DNA of 64,000 bases, from positions 606 to 64,605 of the forward strand of contig CAYRGW010000017.1 in the NCBI GenBank assembly GCA_964423815.1. The letters are read 5' to 3'. The notes under the pieces were generated by a model that worked only from the letters and a program-made list of their open reading frames with translations, was not told where the DNA came from and made no database searches. Position 1 is the first letter of the stretch. Every line of letters begins with the position of its first letter. This document shows, one piece after another, positions 53,318 to 64,000 of the stretch. The stretch is from an uncultured Solibacteraceae bacterium (GTDB lineage: Bacteria; Acidobacteriota; Vicinamibacteria; Vicinamibacterales; SCN-69-37). Both the position numbers and the translations under genes were made by a program.

Positions 53318-55252
53318 CTACTTGACCTTCGTCCCCAGCCAGGCCTCGCGGAACGCCTTCTGGCCCGGCGTCATCGCCGCGCCGGCCGTCTCGACATCGA
53401 TGACGGTCAACGCTGGATTTGGTTTCAGCGTCACCGTGGTGGTGGCCGTCTGGCCCCCGCGTCGGCGGAGCCCGAGCGTGGCGGTTTCGCTGGGTCGCTT
53501 GCGACTCATCGCCGCAAAAGTCTCAACGGTCGCCGGTTGACCATCGATCGTGGTGATGACGTCGCCGTATTCGAGACCGGCCTCGTACGCGGGTGTCCCG
53601 AACGCCACGGGGTTGATGGCGTTGCCCTGCGGTTGGTTGATGATCAACCCGCCCTCAATGGGTGAGACCTGCACGTTGCCGATCCAACCGGCCTCGGGCG
53701 CGCGGGGACGCACGACAAAACCGGCCTGCAGCATGAGCCGTTCGTAGTTGGCGACTTCGCGCCCCTCGATGTATTTGTCGAAGAACTCGTCGGCAAATAC
53801 CTTGTTCTTCGTCAGGTCCGCGAGTCGATTCCGCAGATCCCGCAACGTGTAGGGCCGCGTCACGAAGCCTGGCGTGGCCGACGCCGGCTTGCCGTAGGTC
53901 GTCCACAACAACCGCATGTAGTCGTCGAGTGTGATCGCGCCGTCAGACATCTCGCGCAACGACAGATCAAGCGCGAGGGCGATGGCGGCGCCGTACGTGT
54001 AGTAGGAAATGAACGACCGGCCAAACTCCGTCTTGTCGATGGACGCCGCCGCGTCGGTGTATGGCGCGTGTTGGCTCATCTCGACGGCCGATCGCACCAG
54101 GCGACCCGAGCCGTTGACGACGGCGTTGATGGAGCCGCCGAAGCCAACCCCACCCTGTGCCTGCGGCGTGAAGCCCGCGCGAATCAACACCAGGTTGCCG
54201 TAATACTGCGTGAACCCCTCCGCGAGCCAGAGGCAGCAGGAGACGTTCGCGTCGGTGAAGTTGAACGGCTCAAGATCGGCCGGCCGGATCCGCTCGACGT
54301 TCCACGCGTGGAAAAACTCATGTGAGATGGTGCCCAGCGCCTGCTTGCGCTGCTGCTCATTCGCGATCGAGAGGCGGCTGCTCGTAAACGTCGAGTTGCG
54401 GTGTTCCATGCCGTCGCCATCGCTGTGCGGCGTGTAGTCGAGGAGGAAGACGTAGTTGCCCGTGTCGAACGCCGGGAACTCGCCGAACACAGCCCCCTGC
54501 TCGAGCACGACGCGTTCGACGTCTTTGGCCAGCGCATCAAGATTGGCGTCGGAGCCGTCGTGATGCGCCGCGACCCGGATGCCATACGTCTTGCCGTCGG
54601 GGTTCGTGACGGTGAATGTGCGCAGGCCGAAGTCTGACACCTCGGTCGGGCTGTCCATGAAGTACTGCAGGTTCGGCGCGGTGTAGGTGAAGGGGTCGGT
54701 GGTGGGGAAGAGCTGTGTGCCGACCTTCCAGTTTGAGCCCGCCGGCGGCACAAACGTCACGCGCACCGGTCGTGTTTCCAGGCCCACCGCCCACATGAAC
54801 GACGCCGGGATGTTCAGGCGCGCGTGGGTGTTGTCCACCGCGAAGTAGGTGCCGTCGCCGCGATCGCCGAAGATCTTGTAGACGAGCCGGACCGAACCGT
54901 CGTGGCCTGCGACATTCCATTGATAGGGCGAGGGGCGGGTCGACGTGAGTTGTGTGCCCTTCGAGTTAAACGCCTCGACTGAAAAAATGTTCTTCGCAAA
55001 CTCATGCACGGCGTACCGCCCCGGAGACGACCGGCTCATACGCGCCTGCAGTGGGCGCGTGCCGAGACCGCTGAACGTCACCTCCACCTGCATCCAGTGA
55101 TGCTCCGGTTCAGGGAATGTCACACGGTAGGTGACCGGGGCGGCAGCCCGCGCCGCCGCCGGCGCCGCAGCGGGTGCAGGGCGGGTCTGCTGCGCCCCAG
55201 TCGAGGCCACACCAAGAACGACGAGGAACGCGGTAGATAAGAGTCTCTTCAC
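53318..55252 (-). CDS. M61-family glycyl aminopeptidase with C-terminal PDZ domain
   Basis: Has the zinc motif HEFFHAWNVERIRP and a PDZ-like C-terminus (GLEYGDVITTIDGQP). GTG start at 55252. The tracked N-terminal 18 aa are a translation of the GAACCCTGG repeat. Confidence 0.88.
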   Translation of the reverse strand: MKRLLSTAFLVVLGVASTGAQQTRPAPAAAPAAARAAAPVTYRVTFPEPEHHWMQVEVTFSGLGTRPLQARMSRSSPGRYAVHEFAKNIFSVEAFNSKGTQLTSTRPSPYQWNVAGHDGSVRLVYKIFGDRGDGTYFAVDNTHARLNIPASFMWAVGLETRPVRVTFVPPAGSNWKVGTQLFPTTDPFTYTAPNLQYFMDSPTEVSDFGLRTFTVTNPDGKTYGIRVAAHHDGSDANLDALAKDVERVVLEQGAVFGEFPAFDTGNYVFLLDYTPHSDGDGMEHRNSTFTSSRLSIANEQQRKQALGTISHEFFHAWNVERIRPADLEPFNFTDANVSCCLWLAEGFTQYYGNLVLIRAGFTPQAQGGVGFGGSINAVVNGSGRLVRSAVEMSQHAPYTDAAASIDKTEFGRSFISYYTYGAAIALALDLSLREMSDGAITLDDYMRLLWTTYGKPASATPGFVTRPYTLRDLRNRLADLTKNKVFADEFFDKYIEGREVANYERLMLQAGFVVRPRAPEAGWIGNVQVSPIEGGLIINQPQGNAINPVAFGTPAYEAGLEYGDVITTIDGQPATVETFAAMSRKRPSETATLGLRRRGGQTATTTVTLKPNPALTVIDVETAGAAMTPGQKAFREAWLGTKVK

Positions 55253-55269
55253 TGTAGGTGTCTCCGTAT

Positions 55270-55303
55270 CGAACCCTGGACCGTGGACCCTGGAACCCTG
55301 GAC
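55270..55303. repeat. Short tandem GGACC/GAACCCTGG repeats upstream of the M61 peptidase gene
   Basis: The sequence reads CGAACCCTGGACCGTGGACCCTGGAACCCTGGAC. It shares the GAACCCTG core with the array at 46587-46635. Confidence 0.6.
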
Positions 55304-55312
55304 CACAGCGAC

Positions 55313-56611
55313 CTATTTACCGATCCATTTGATCAACTCGGGCAACGTCGGCGCCTTGCCCTGCATCAGAATCCCCACGCGGAAGATGCGTGACGCCGCC
55401 CACACAAACAGCGCAGTGCACGCGACCAGACCCACCACCGAGACCAGCACCTGCCACATCGGTGGTCCGGGCGGCATCGCGATGCGCAACATCATCGTGA
55501 ACGGCGTCATCGTCGGAAAAAACGACATGCCGACGGCCAGGCTCGACTCGGGATTCTGAATCACGATGAATGAGCCGAGGTACGGCAGCATGATCAGGAT
55601 CATCGCCGGCTGCATCATGCTCTGCGCGTCCTTGAGATCCGAACACGCCGACCCAAGTGCGAGGAACAGCGACCCGTAGAGCAAGGCCGCACACACGACG
55701 AATACGACAAACCAGCCGATCAGGGCCGGGTTGAACAGATCCCAACGGCCGCTCGAGACGAGCGCATACATGCCGCCGGCGAAGTAGACCAGCGTCAGCA
55801 GCAACGCCACGGCGACGACGCCGAGCAGTTTGCCCATCAGCAACTGGAACGGCGTGACCGACCCCAGCAGGACCTCGCTGATCTTGCTCATCTTTTCTTC
55901 GATGATCGCGTTGAGCAGCTGCTGCGCGGCGGTCATGACCGTCATGAACATGAGGAAGAGGAAAAAGAACGGCACGATCATCCGCGCGATCTCGTCCACT
56001 TCCTGCGCTTCCTTGACCGACCCATCGGTGGCGCGTTCGACGAGACCAAACGTGGACAGCGGCGTCCGTGTATTCAGCTGGGCGATCATCGCCTGATCGA
56101 TGCCGGCCGCATCGTATCGGCGTTTCGTGATTTCCTCGTTGAGCGTCGTCCGCAACCAGGTGGGCAGTGGTTCGTACGACGTGCTCTCCGAGTAATACCG
56201 AATCGGCGGCACATCACCGGCGGTGGCCGTCAGCACCTCGGCGGGGATTTCCACAAACGCAAACAACGACTTGTCGCGAACACGGGTGGACAGATCCACC
56301 TTCACCTCTTCGGCGGACTGGCCCGCGAGATCGATACGCGACGCGACAAATTCCGGCCCGGTGCGGGTGCCGTTGTCGACGTTCTCGGCGTTGCGGATCT
56401 CGGCGGCGCTGCGCACGGCGTCGTACAAGACGCCCGTGTGATCGATCACGGCAAACGGCCGTGTCTCCACATCCACGTGTCTCTGCGCGAAACTCATGAA
56501 AAAGAAGAAGCCGACCATGAGCACCGGCATCAGGATGATGCCGAAGAGGAACGCCTTTGTCTTGACGAGGGTCAGGAACTCGGACTGGGCAATCGTGAGA
56601 ATCCGGCTCAT
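55313..56611 (-). CDS. ABC-2 family transporter permease (NatB-like, large external loop)
   Basis: One N-terminal TM helix is followed by a loop of about 150 aa and five C-terminal TM helices. The start overlaps the ATPase gene stop by 4 nt. Confidence 0.8.
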   Translation of the reverse strand: MSRILTIAQSEFLTLVKTKAFLFGIILMPVLMVGFFFFMSFAQRHVDVETRPFAVIDHTGVLYDAVRSAAEIRNAENVDNGTRTGPEFVASRIDLAGQSAEEVKVDLSTRVRDKSLFAFVEIPAEVLTATAGDVPPIRYYSESTSYEPLPTWLRTTLNEEITKRRYDAAGIDQAMIAQLNTRTPLSTFGLVERATDGSVKEAQEVDEIARMIVPFFFLFLMFMTVMTAAQQLLNAIIEEKMSKISEVLLGSVTPFQLLMGKLLGVVAVALLLTLVYFAGGMYALVSSGRWDLFNPALIGWFVVFVVCAALLYGSLFLALGSACSDLKDAQSMMQPAMILIMLPYLGSFIVIQNPESSLAVGMSFFPTMTPFTMMLRIAMPPGPPMWQVLVSVVGLVACTALFVWAASRIFRVGILMQGKAPTLPELIKWIGK

Positions 56612-57543
56612 CGCACACCTCCCGTTTCGTTTTGCAGCTCATCTTCGGTGGGGCGGGCGATACGGACGAAAATGTCGTGCAGTGACGGTCGCCGGATTTC
56701 AAATTGCTGCACGGTGGTCTTCTGCACGAGTTGCTGCAGGAACGCCTGGGCGTCCCCGTTGAGTTTTACGTCCTGATAGTTGCCGTGGTCGTTGACGGCA
56801 TCGACGCTGGCCATGCCCGAGAGAATCGCCGCGCCGCCCGAGGTGCGGACACGCGCGGTGTCGTGGCCGTATTCGGACTGGATCTCTTCGAGCGTGCCGT
56901 CGAGAACCTTTTTGCCGCGGAAGATCATGAAGATGCGCTCACACATCCGTTCGGCGGCGCTCATGTCGTGTGTGGAGAAGACAATCGTCGTGCCGCGCCG
57001 GCGCATTTCCAGCACTGCATCCTTGAGGGCCTCCGCGTTGACCGGGTCGAGACCCGAAAACGGTTCATCAAGAATCAGCAGCTTGGGTTGAGAGACGACC
57101 GAGGCGATGAACTGGACCTTTTGCGCCATGCCCTTTGAGAGCTGGTCGACCCGTTTGTCCATCCAGTCCGTGAGCTGCAGGCGCCCGAGCCAGTCTTTCA
57201 TCGCCGTGTCGATTTCGTGCGCGGACTTGCCCTTGAGCTGTCCGTAATAACGCAGCACGCGGCGCACGGTCATCTTCTTATAGAGGCCGCGCTCCTCCGG
57301 CAGGTAGCCCACGTCGTCCCGCACGTCGGCCGCGCTGGCCTTGCCCAGCACGTGAATGTCGCCGGAGTCGGGCACCAGGATGTTCATGATCATGCGGATC
57401 GTGGTGGTCTTGCCCGAGCCGTTCGGCCCGATGAAACCGTAGATGGATCCGGCCGGGACCTCGATCGACACGTTGTTGACGGCCTGATGGTCGCCAAATC
57501 GTTTGGACACGCCGCTGACGGCGATGGCTGGAGAACTGGACAT
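56608..57543 (-). CDS. ABC transporter ATP-binding protein (NatA-like)
   Basis: Has Walker A GPNGSGKTT, the signature LSKGMAQK, and Walker B LLILDEP. ATG 57543 is preferred over the TTG at 57561. Confidence 0.9.
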   Translation of the reverse strand: MSSSPAIAVSGVSKRFGDHQAVNNVSIEVPAGSIYGFIGPNGSGKTTTIRMIMNILVPDSGDIHVLGKASAADVRDDVGYLPEERGLYKKMTVRRVLRYYGQLKGKSAHEIDTAMKDWLGRLQLTDWMDKRVDQLSKGMAQKVQFIASVVSQPKLLILDEPFSGLDPVNAEALKDAVLEMRRRGTTIVFSTHDMSAAERMCERIFMIFRGKKVLDGTLEEIQSEYGHDTARVRTSGGAAILSGMASVDAVNDHGNYQDVKLNGDAQAFLQQLVQKTTVQQFEIRRPSLHDIFVRIARPTEDELQNETGGVR

Positions 57544-57592
57544 AGGGGTACCTGCGGTCAAACTCGGACCTGTTTGGTTGGGATTGACACTT

Positions 57593-57608
57593 TGTGAAAC
57601 CTTTCACA
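57593..57608. promoter_or_regulatory. Perfect CRP/FNR-superfamily-type palindrome TGTGA-N6-TCACA
   Basis: TGTGAaaccttTCACA was read directly. It lies in the divergent spacer, 160 nt upstream of the actA ATG and 50 nt upstream of the ABC ATPase ATG. TTGACA at 57584-57589 lies just 5' of it. Confidence 0.5.
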
Positions 57609-57767
57609 TCATAAGCACGTTGCCCCGGGTACGCCGCCCACTCGGGACATTCGATCGCTGATTCTGCGTCTCGCGTCACCGCATTCTGGCCCAAAAACGG
57701 GTCGGGTCGGTGCGTGTGTGCAAATCGCTGGCGATCAAGGTAGGCTAGGGGCGCTTTTTAGCCCGCT

Positions 57768-58427
57768 ATGAGCCAGATTTTTCCGAAAAGCGCTAACGCT
57801 GCCGCCCGGTCGAGTTTATTCGGCGTCCTGACGCTCGTCCTGTTCCTTGGATGGGTGATCTTCACGTTGATGCGTTCGTCCTGGGTGACCAAGCAGAATG
57901 AGTTCGTGGAACAGCCGATTCAGTTCAGCCATGCCCACCATGTGGGCGGGATTGGGCTGGACTGTCGCTATTGCCATACGTCGGTGGAGAACGCGGCGTT
58001 CGCCGGAATCCCCCCCACCAAAACCTGCATCAACTGCCACTCGCAGATCTGGGCGAACGCGCCGCTGCTTGAGCCAGTGCGAGCCAGCTTCCGAAATAAC
58101 ACCCCTTTAACCTGGCTTCGGGTGAACGACCTCCCCGACTTCGTCTATTTCAACCACCAGATTCACGTGAAGCAGGGCGTCGGTTGCGCCACCTGCCACG
58201 GACCCGTCGACAAGATGCCGCTGGTCTACCAGGCGACATCGTTGCAGATGGAATGGTGCCTCGACTGCCACCGCGCCCCTGAAAAATACCTGCGGCCGCG
58301 CGCCGAGGTTTTTAACATGGCCTACGAAGCTCCAGCCAACCAGCTGGAATTTGGCCTGGCGCTCAAGAAGGAATACAAGGTGGCGGGCGCTGAGCACATG
58401 ACCAGTTGCTCGGTGTGCCACCGTTGA
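57768..58427 (+). CDS. actA: Alternative complex III subunit ActA (pentahaem cytochrome c)
   Basis: An N-terminal TM anchor is followed by five CxxCH motifs (CRYCH, CINCH, CATCH, CLDCH, CSVCH). Confidence 0.88.
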   Translation: MSQIFPKSANAAARSSLFGVLTLVLFLGWVIFTLMRSSWVTKQNEFVEQPIQFSHAHHVGGIGLDCRYCHTSVENAAFAGIPPTKTCINCHSQIWANAPLLEPVRASFRNNTPLTWLRVNDLPDFVYFNHQIHVKQGVGCATCHGPVDKMPLVYQATSLQMEWCLDCHRAPEKYLRPRAEVFNMAYEAPANQLEFGLALKKEYKVAGAEHMTSCSVCHR

Positions 58428-58451
58428 TCCGGCTCGTTGGTAAACACTGCC

Positions 58452-61466
<3,015 letters not shown>

Positions 61467-61489
61467 GGCCGGACGAACGGAGAGAGTCG

Positions 61490-62893
61490 GTGGAAGTCAG
61501 CCCCAACCCAAAGCAAGACCCGCTGGGCGCCGTGCCGGTCATCACGCCCGGGTACAGCTATCGGTCCATGACGGACAAGCTGTCCGCGCTGGTGCTCACG
61601 CACAACACGCCAACGGCGTGGTTTGCCTTCATGGCGGTCGGTTTTTCGCTGCTGATGTTATTGATGATGTCGCTCTCGTACCTGCTGTACAAGGGCGTCG
61701 GCATCTGGGGCAACAACAGCCCGGTCGGCTGGGCGTTCCCGATCATCAACTTCGTCTGGTGGATCGGCATCGGCCACGCCGGCACCCTGATCTCCGCGAT
61801 CCTTCTGCTCTTCAAGCAGGACTGGCGCACGTCGATCAACCGGTTTGCGGAAGCGATGACGTTGTTTGCCGTCGCCTGCGCCATGATCTTCCCGATCTTC
61901 CACACCGGCCGTCCGTGGCTGGCGGCGTATTGGCTGTTCCCGTACCCGAACGTCATGGGCCTGTGGCCGAACTTCCGCAGCCCGCTCATCTGGGACGTGT
62001 TCGCCGTGTCGACCTACGCGTCGGTTTCGGCGCTGTTCTGGTACATCGGCCTGATTCCCGACCTCGCGACCTTCCGCGACAAGGCCGTCAACCCGGTCAG
62101 CAAAAAAATCTACGGCATCCTGGCCATGGGCTGGCGTGGGTCCGCGCGGCACTGGTATCGCTATGAAACGGCGTACCTGATTCTGGCCGGCCTCTCGACG
62201 CCGCTGGTGCTCTCGGTGCACACGGTGGTCAGCTTCGACTTCTCGGTGTCGGTGCTGCCGGGCTGGCACGCGACGATCTTCCCGCCGTATTTTGTCGCCG
62301 GCGCCGTCTACGCCGGCTTTGCGATGGTGCTCACGCTCGCGATTCCGCTGCGCGCCATCTACAAACTCCACGACTTCATCACGATGCGCCATCTCGAGAA
62401 CATGGCCAAGGTCACCCTGGTGACCGGCCTGATCGTCGTGTATGGCTACTTCTGCGAATTGTTCTTCGGCTGGTACAGCGGCTCCCTCTACGAGCGCGAG
62501 ATGTTGCGCCTGCGTATGTTCGACGGTTACTACGCCTGGAGTTATTGGGCGTTGCTGCTCTGCAACTTCATCGTGCCGCAACTCCTGTGGGTGAAGAAGT
62601 TCCGCCGCAACATCGCCGTGCTCTTCACGGTCGCGATGTTTGTCAACGTCGGCATGTGGCTCGAACGGTTTGTCATCATCGTCACCAGCCTCAGCGCCGA
62701 CTTCCTGCCATCCTCCTGGGCGCAGTACAGCCCGACGATGTGGGACTTCATGACGTTTGCCGGGACCATCGGCCTGTTCATGACGTTGTTCTTCCTGTTT
62801 GTGCGAGTGCTGCCCATGATTTCGATATTCGAAATGCGCACCTTGTTGCCTGATGCGACGGTGAAGCAGAAGACTGAGGGAGGGGCGCACTGA
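61490..62893 (+). CDS. actC: Alternative complex III subunit ActC (NrfD/PsrC-like quinol-interacting membrane subunit)
   Basis: Polytopic NrfD-like protein (WGNNSPVGWAFPIINFVWWIGIGHAGTLISA). GTG start. Confidence 0.88.
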   Translation: MEVSPNPKQDPLGAVPVITPGYSYRSMTDKLSALVLTHNTPTAWFAFMAVGFSLLMLLMMSLSYLLYKGVGIWGNNSPVGWAFPIINFVWWIGIGHAGTLISAILLLFKQDWRTSINRFAEAMTLFAVACAMIFPIFHTGRPWLAAYWLFPYPNVMGLWPNFRSPLIWDVFAVSTYASVSALFWYIGLIPDLATFRDKAVNPVSKKIYGILAMGWRGSARHWYRYETAYLILAGLSTPLVLSVHTVVSFDFSVSVLPGWHATIFPPYFVAGAVYAGFAMVLTLAIPLRAIYKLHDFITMRHLENMAKVTLVTGLIVVYGYFCELFFGWYSGSLYEREMLRLRMFDGYYAWSYWALLLCNFIVPQLLWVKKFRRNIAVLFTVAMFVNVGMWLERFVIIVTSLSADFLPSSWAQYSPTMWDFMTFAGTIGLFMTLFFLFVRVLPMISIFEMRTLLPDATVKQKTEGGAH

Positions 62894-63444
62894 TGGCCCA
62901 TCACGAAGCCGAATCCACGCCGTTCTACGGCCTGATGGCGGAGTTTGACTCCGCGCAACAATTGCTCGACGCCGCGCACAAGGTGCGTGAGGCCGGGTAC
63001 ACAAAAACGGACGCCTTTTCCCCGATGCCGATTCACGGCGTGGCCGAGGCGCTCGGCATGCACGAACGGAAGATTGCGCCGGTCGTTCTGATGGGCGGCA
63101 TCGTTGGTGGCAGTCTGGGCTACGCGCTGCAGTACTGGTCGTCGGTGATTGCGTACCCGGTCAATATCGGCGGACGGCCGTTTCACTCGTGGGTGTCGTT
63201 TATTCCCGTGACCTTCGAAATGACCATTCTGTTTGCGGCCTTCTCGTGTGGCCTGGTCATGCTCGCGATGAACGGACTGCCGCAGCCCTATCATCCGGTG
63301 TTCAACGCGGAACGGTTTGCCCTGGCGAGCCAGGAATCATTCTTCCTGGCCATCGAGTCGGCGGACCCGCGCTTCCAGTTGGACGAGACCCGGGCGTTTC
63401 TTGCGGGGCTGAATGCCCGGGAAGTGGTGACCCTTGAACACTAA
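62893..63444 (+). CDS. actD: Alternative complex III subunit ActD (DUF3341)
   Basis: The N-terminus reads FYGLMAEFDSAQQLLDAAHKVREAGYTKTDAFSPMPIHG, followed by two TM helices. The ATG overlaps the actC stop (TGATG). Confidence 0.85.
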   Translation: MAHHEAESTPFYGLMAEFDSAQQLLDAAHKVREAGYTKTDAFSPMPIHGVAEALGMHERKIAPVVLMGGIVGGSLGYALQYWSSVIAYPVNIGGRPFHSWVSFIPVTFEMTILFAAFSCGLVMLAMNGLPQPYHPVFNAERFALASQESFFLAIESADPRFQLDETRAFLAGLNAREVVTLEH

Positions 63445-64000
63445 GAGCACACGCACCTGGCGCCTGGTCGCCGGCTTCGCGTTGACGGCTGTGGTGGCCG
63501 CGGGGTGTCGGCAGGACATGCACGACGCGCCCCGGTACGATCCCCTTGAAGCCTCGGACTTTTTTGCCGACGGCAGCGCGGCGCGTCCCGTCATGGCGGG
63601 CACCGTCGCCCGCGGACATCTGAACGCCGATACGTTCCTGCACACGGGCAAGGATGCCGCCGGATTACCGGTCGCAGACTTCCCCTTCGCCATCTCCCGC
63701 GCGGATCTGGACCGCGGCGAGCAGCGGTTTAACGTCTTCTGCGCGCCGTGTCACGGTCAGACGGGCGAAGGCAACGGCATGGTCGTCCAGCGTGGATACC
63801 GTCAGGCGCAGTCGATGCACCTCGAACGTCTCCGCACGGCGCCGGTCGGGTATTTCTACGACGTCATCACCAACGGCTTTGGCGTGATGCCCGACTATCG
63901 CGCGCAGATTTCGGTGGAAGACCGCTGGAAGATCATTGCGTATGTGCGCGCGCTGCAGTTGAGCCGCACGGCGACCACGGGTGATCTGCCGGCCGATGTG
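63434..64000 (+). CDS. actE: Alternative complex III subunit ActE (lipoprotein monohaem cytochrome c), truncated by the window end
   Basis: This ORF is not in the ORF track. The frame opens after TGA at 63428-63430, and TTG 63434 is the first start. Lipobox VVAAGC is present, and the haem motif CAPCH begins at 63740. The frame remains open to nt 64000. Confidence 0.75.
   Translation, partial: MNTKSTRTWRLVAGFALTAVVAAGCRQDMHDAPRYDPLEASDFFADGSAARPVMAGTVARGHLNADTFLHTGKDAAGLPVADFPFAISRADLDRGEQRFNVFCAPCHGQTGEGNGMVVQRGYRQAQSMHLERLRTAPVGYFYDVITNGFGVMPDYRAQISVEDRWKIIAYVRALQLSRTATTGDLPADV

Noticed and set aside
55274-55298. A G-quadruplex motif upstream of the M61 peptidase gene.
   Set aside because: There are only three GGG tracts on the minus strand, which does not meet the four-tract requirement. 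It is reported only as a short tandem repeat.

Overview
High-GC, gene-dense chromosomal segment with about 60 CDS, one tRNA, and no rRNA, CRISPR, transposase or integrase. All family calls come from reading the translations and motifs by eye; no database or HMM search was run. The gene content suggests an Acidobacteria-like genome: a PadR regulator coupled to a duplicated orphan MacB/FtsX-type permease, TolB-propeller/amidohydrolase fusions, and an alternative complex III (actABCDE) operon. Recognisable blocks are listed in order. (1) DUF2892, ECF sigma, zinc anti-sigma and a lipoprotein. (2) arsR-arsM-arsC. (3) gltX, a chlorite-dismutase-family gene and an AlkA-like glycosylase. (4) A histidine-kinase-like gene, a Ser/Thr kinase and a Tat-GMC oxidoreductase. 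(5) tRNA-Gln(CUG), an orphan gene and Phd/VapC. (6) A short SecA paralogue, a pseudouridine synthase, trxC, a malic enzyme, an AI-2E transporter and fumC. (7) Two MFS transporters and an EAL/HDOD protein. (8) PadR, the ADOP-like permease and a hydrolase. (9) A second ECF sigma, a 4-TM protein and a hydrolase. (10) EF-P-like YeiP/EfpL. (11) LolA-like secreted paralogues and an Omp85 pair. (12) An ABC-2 exporter, an M61 peptidase and a PQQ propeller. (13) actABCDE, running off the 3' edge. The most interesting observations are these. (a) An orphan soluble protein at 46650-47792 has a C-terminal half that matches the diadenylate-cyclase (DisA_N/DAC) motifs with an RHR->RHL variant, behind an unassigned N-terminal domain. 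(b) A mosaic family of intergenic repeat modules (A, B, C) is shared by five loci. It includes a 278-bp nested palindrome filling the fumC/MFS spacer, and one copy supplies the arsC start codon. (c) A 711-aa SecA2-like ATPase is preceded by a small signal-peptide ORF. (d) A histidine-kinase-like protein has Ser at the phospho-acceptor position and sits immediately upstream of a Hanks kinase. (e) A 7-tract G-quadruplex-type TTCAGGG/TTACAGGG array lies in the divergent promoter next to the DAC-like gene. (f) A perfect TGTGA-N6-TCACA site lies upstream of the ACIII operon.
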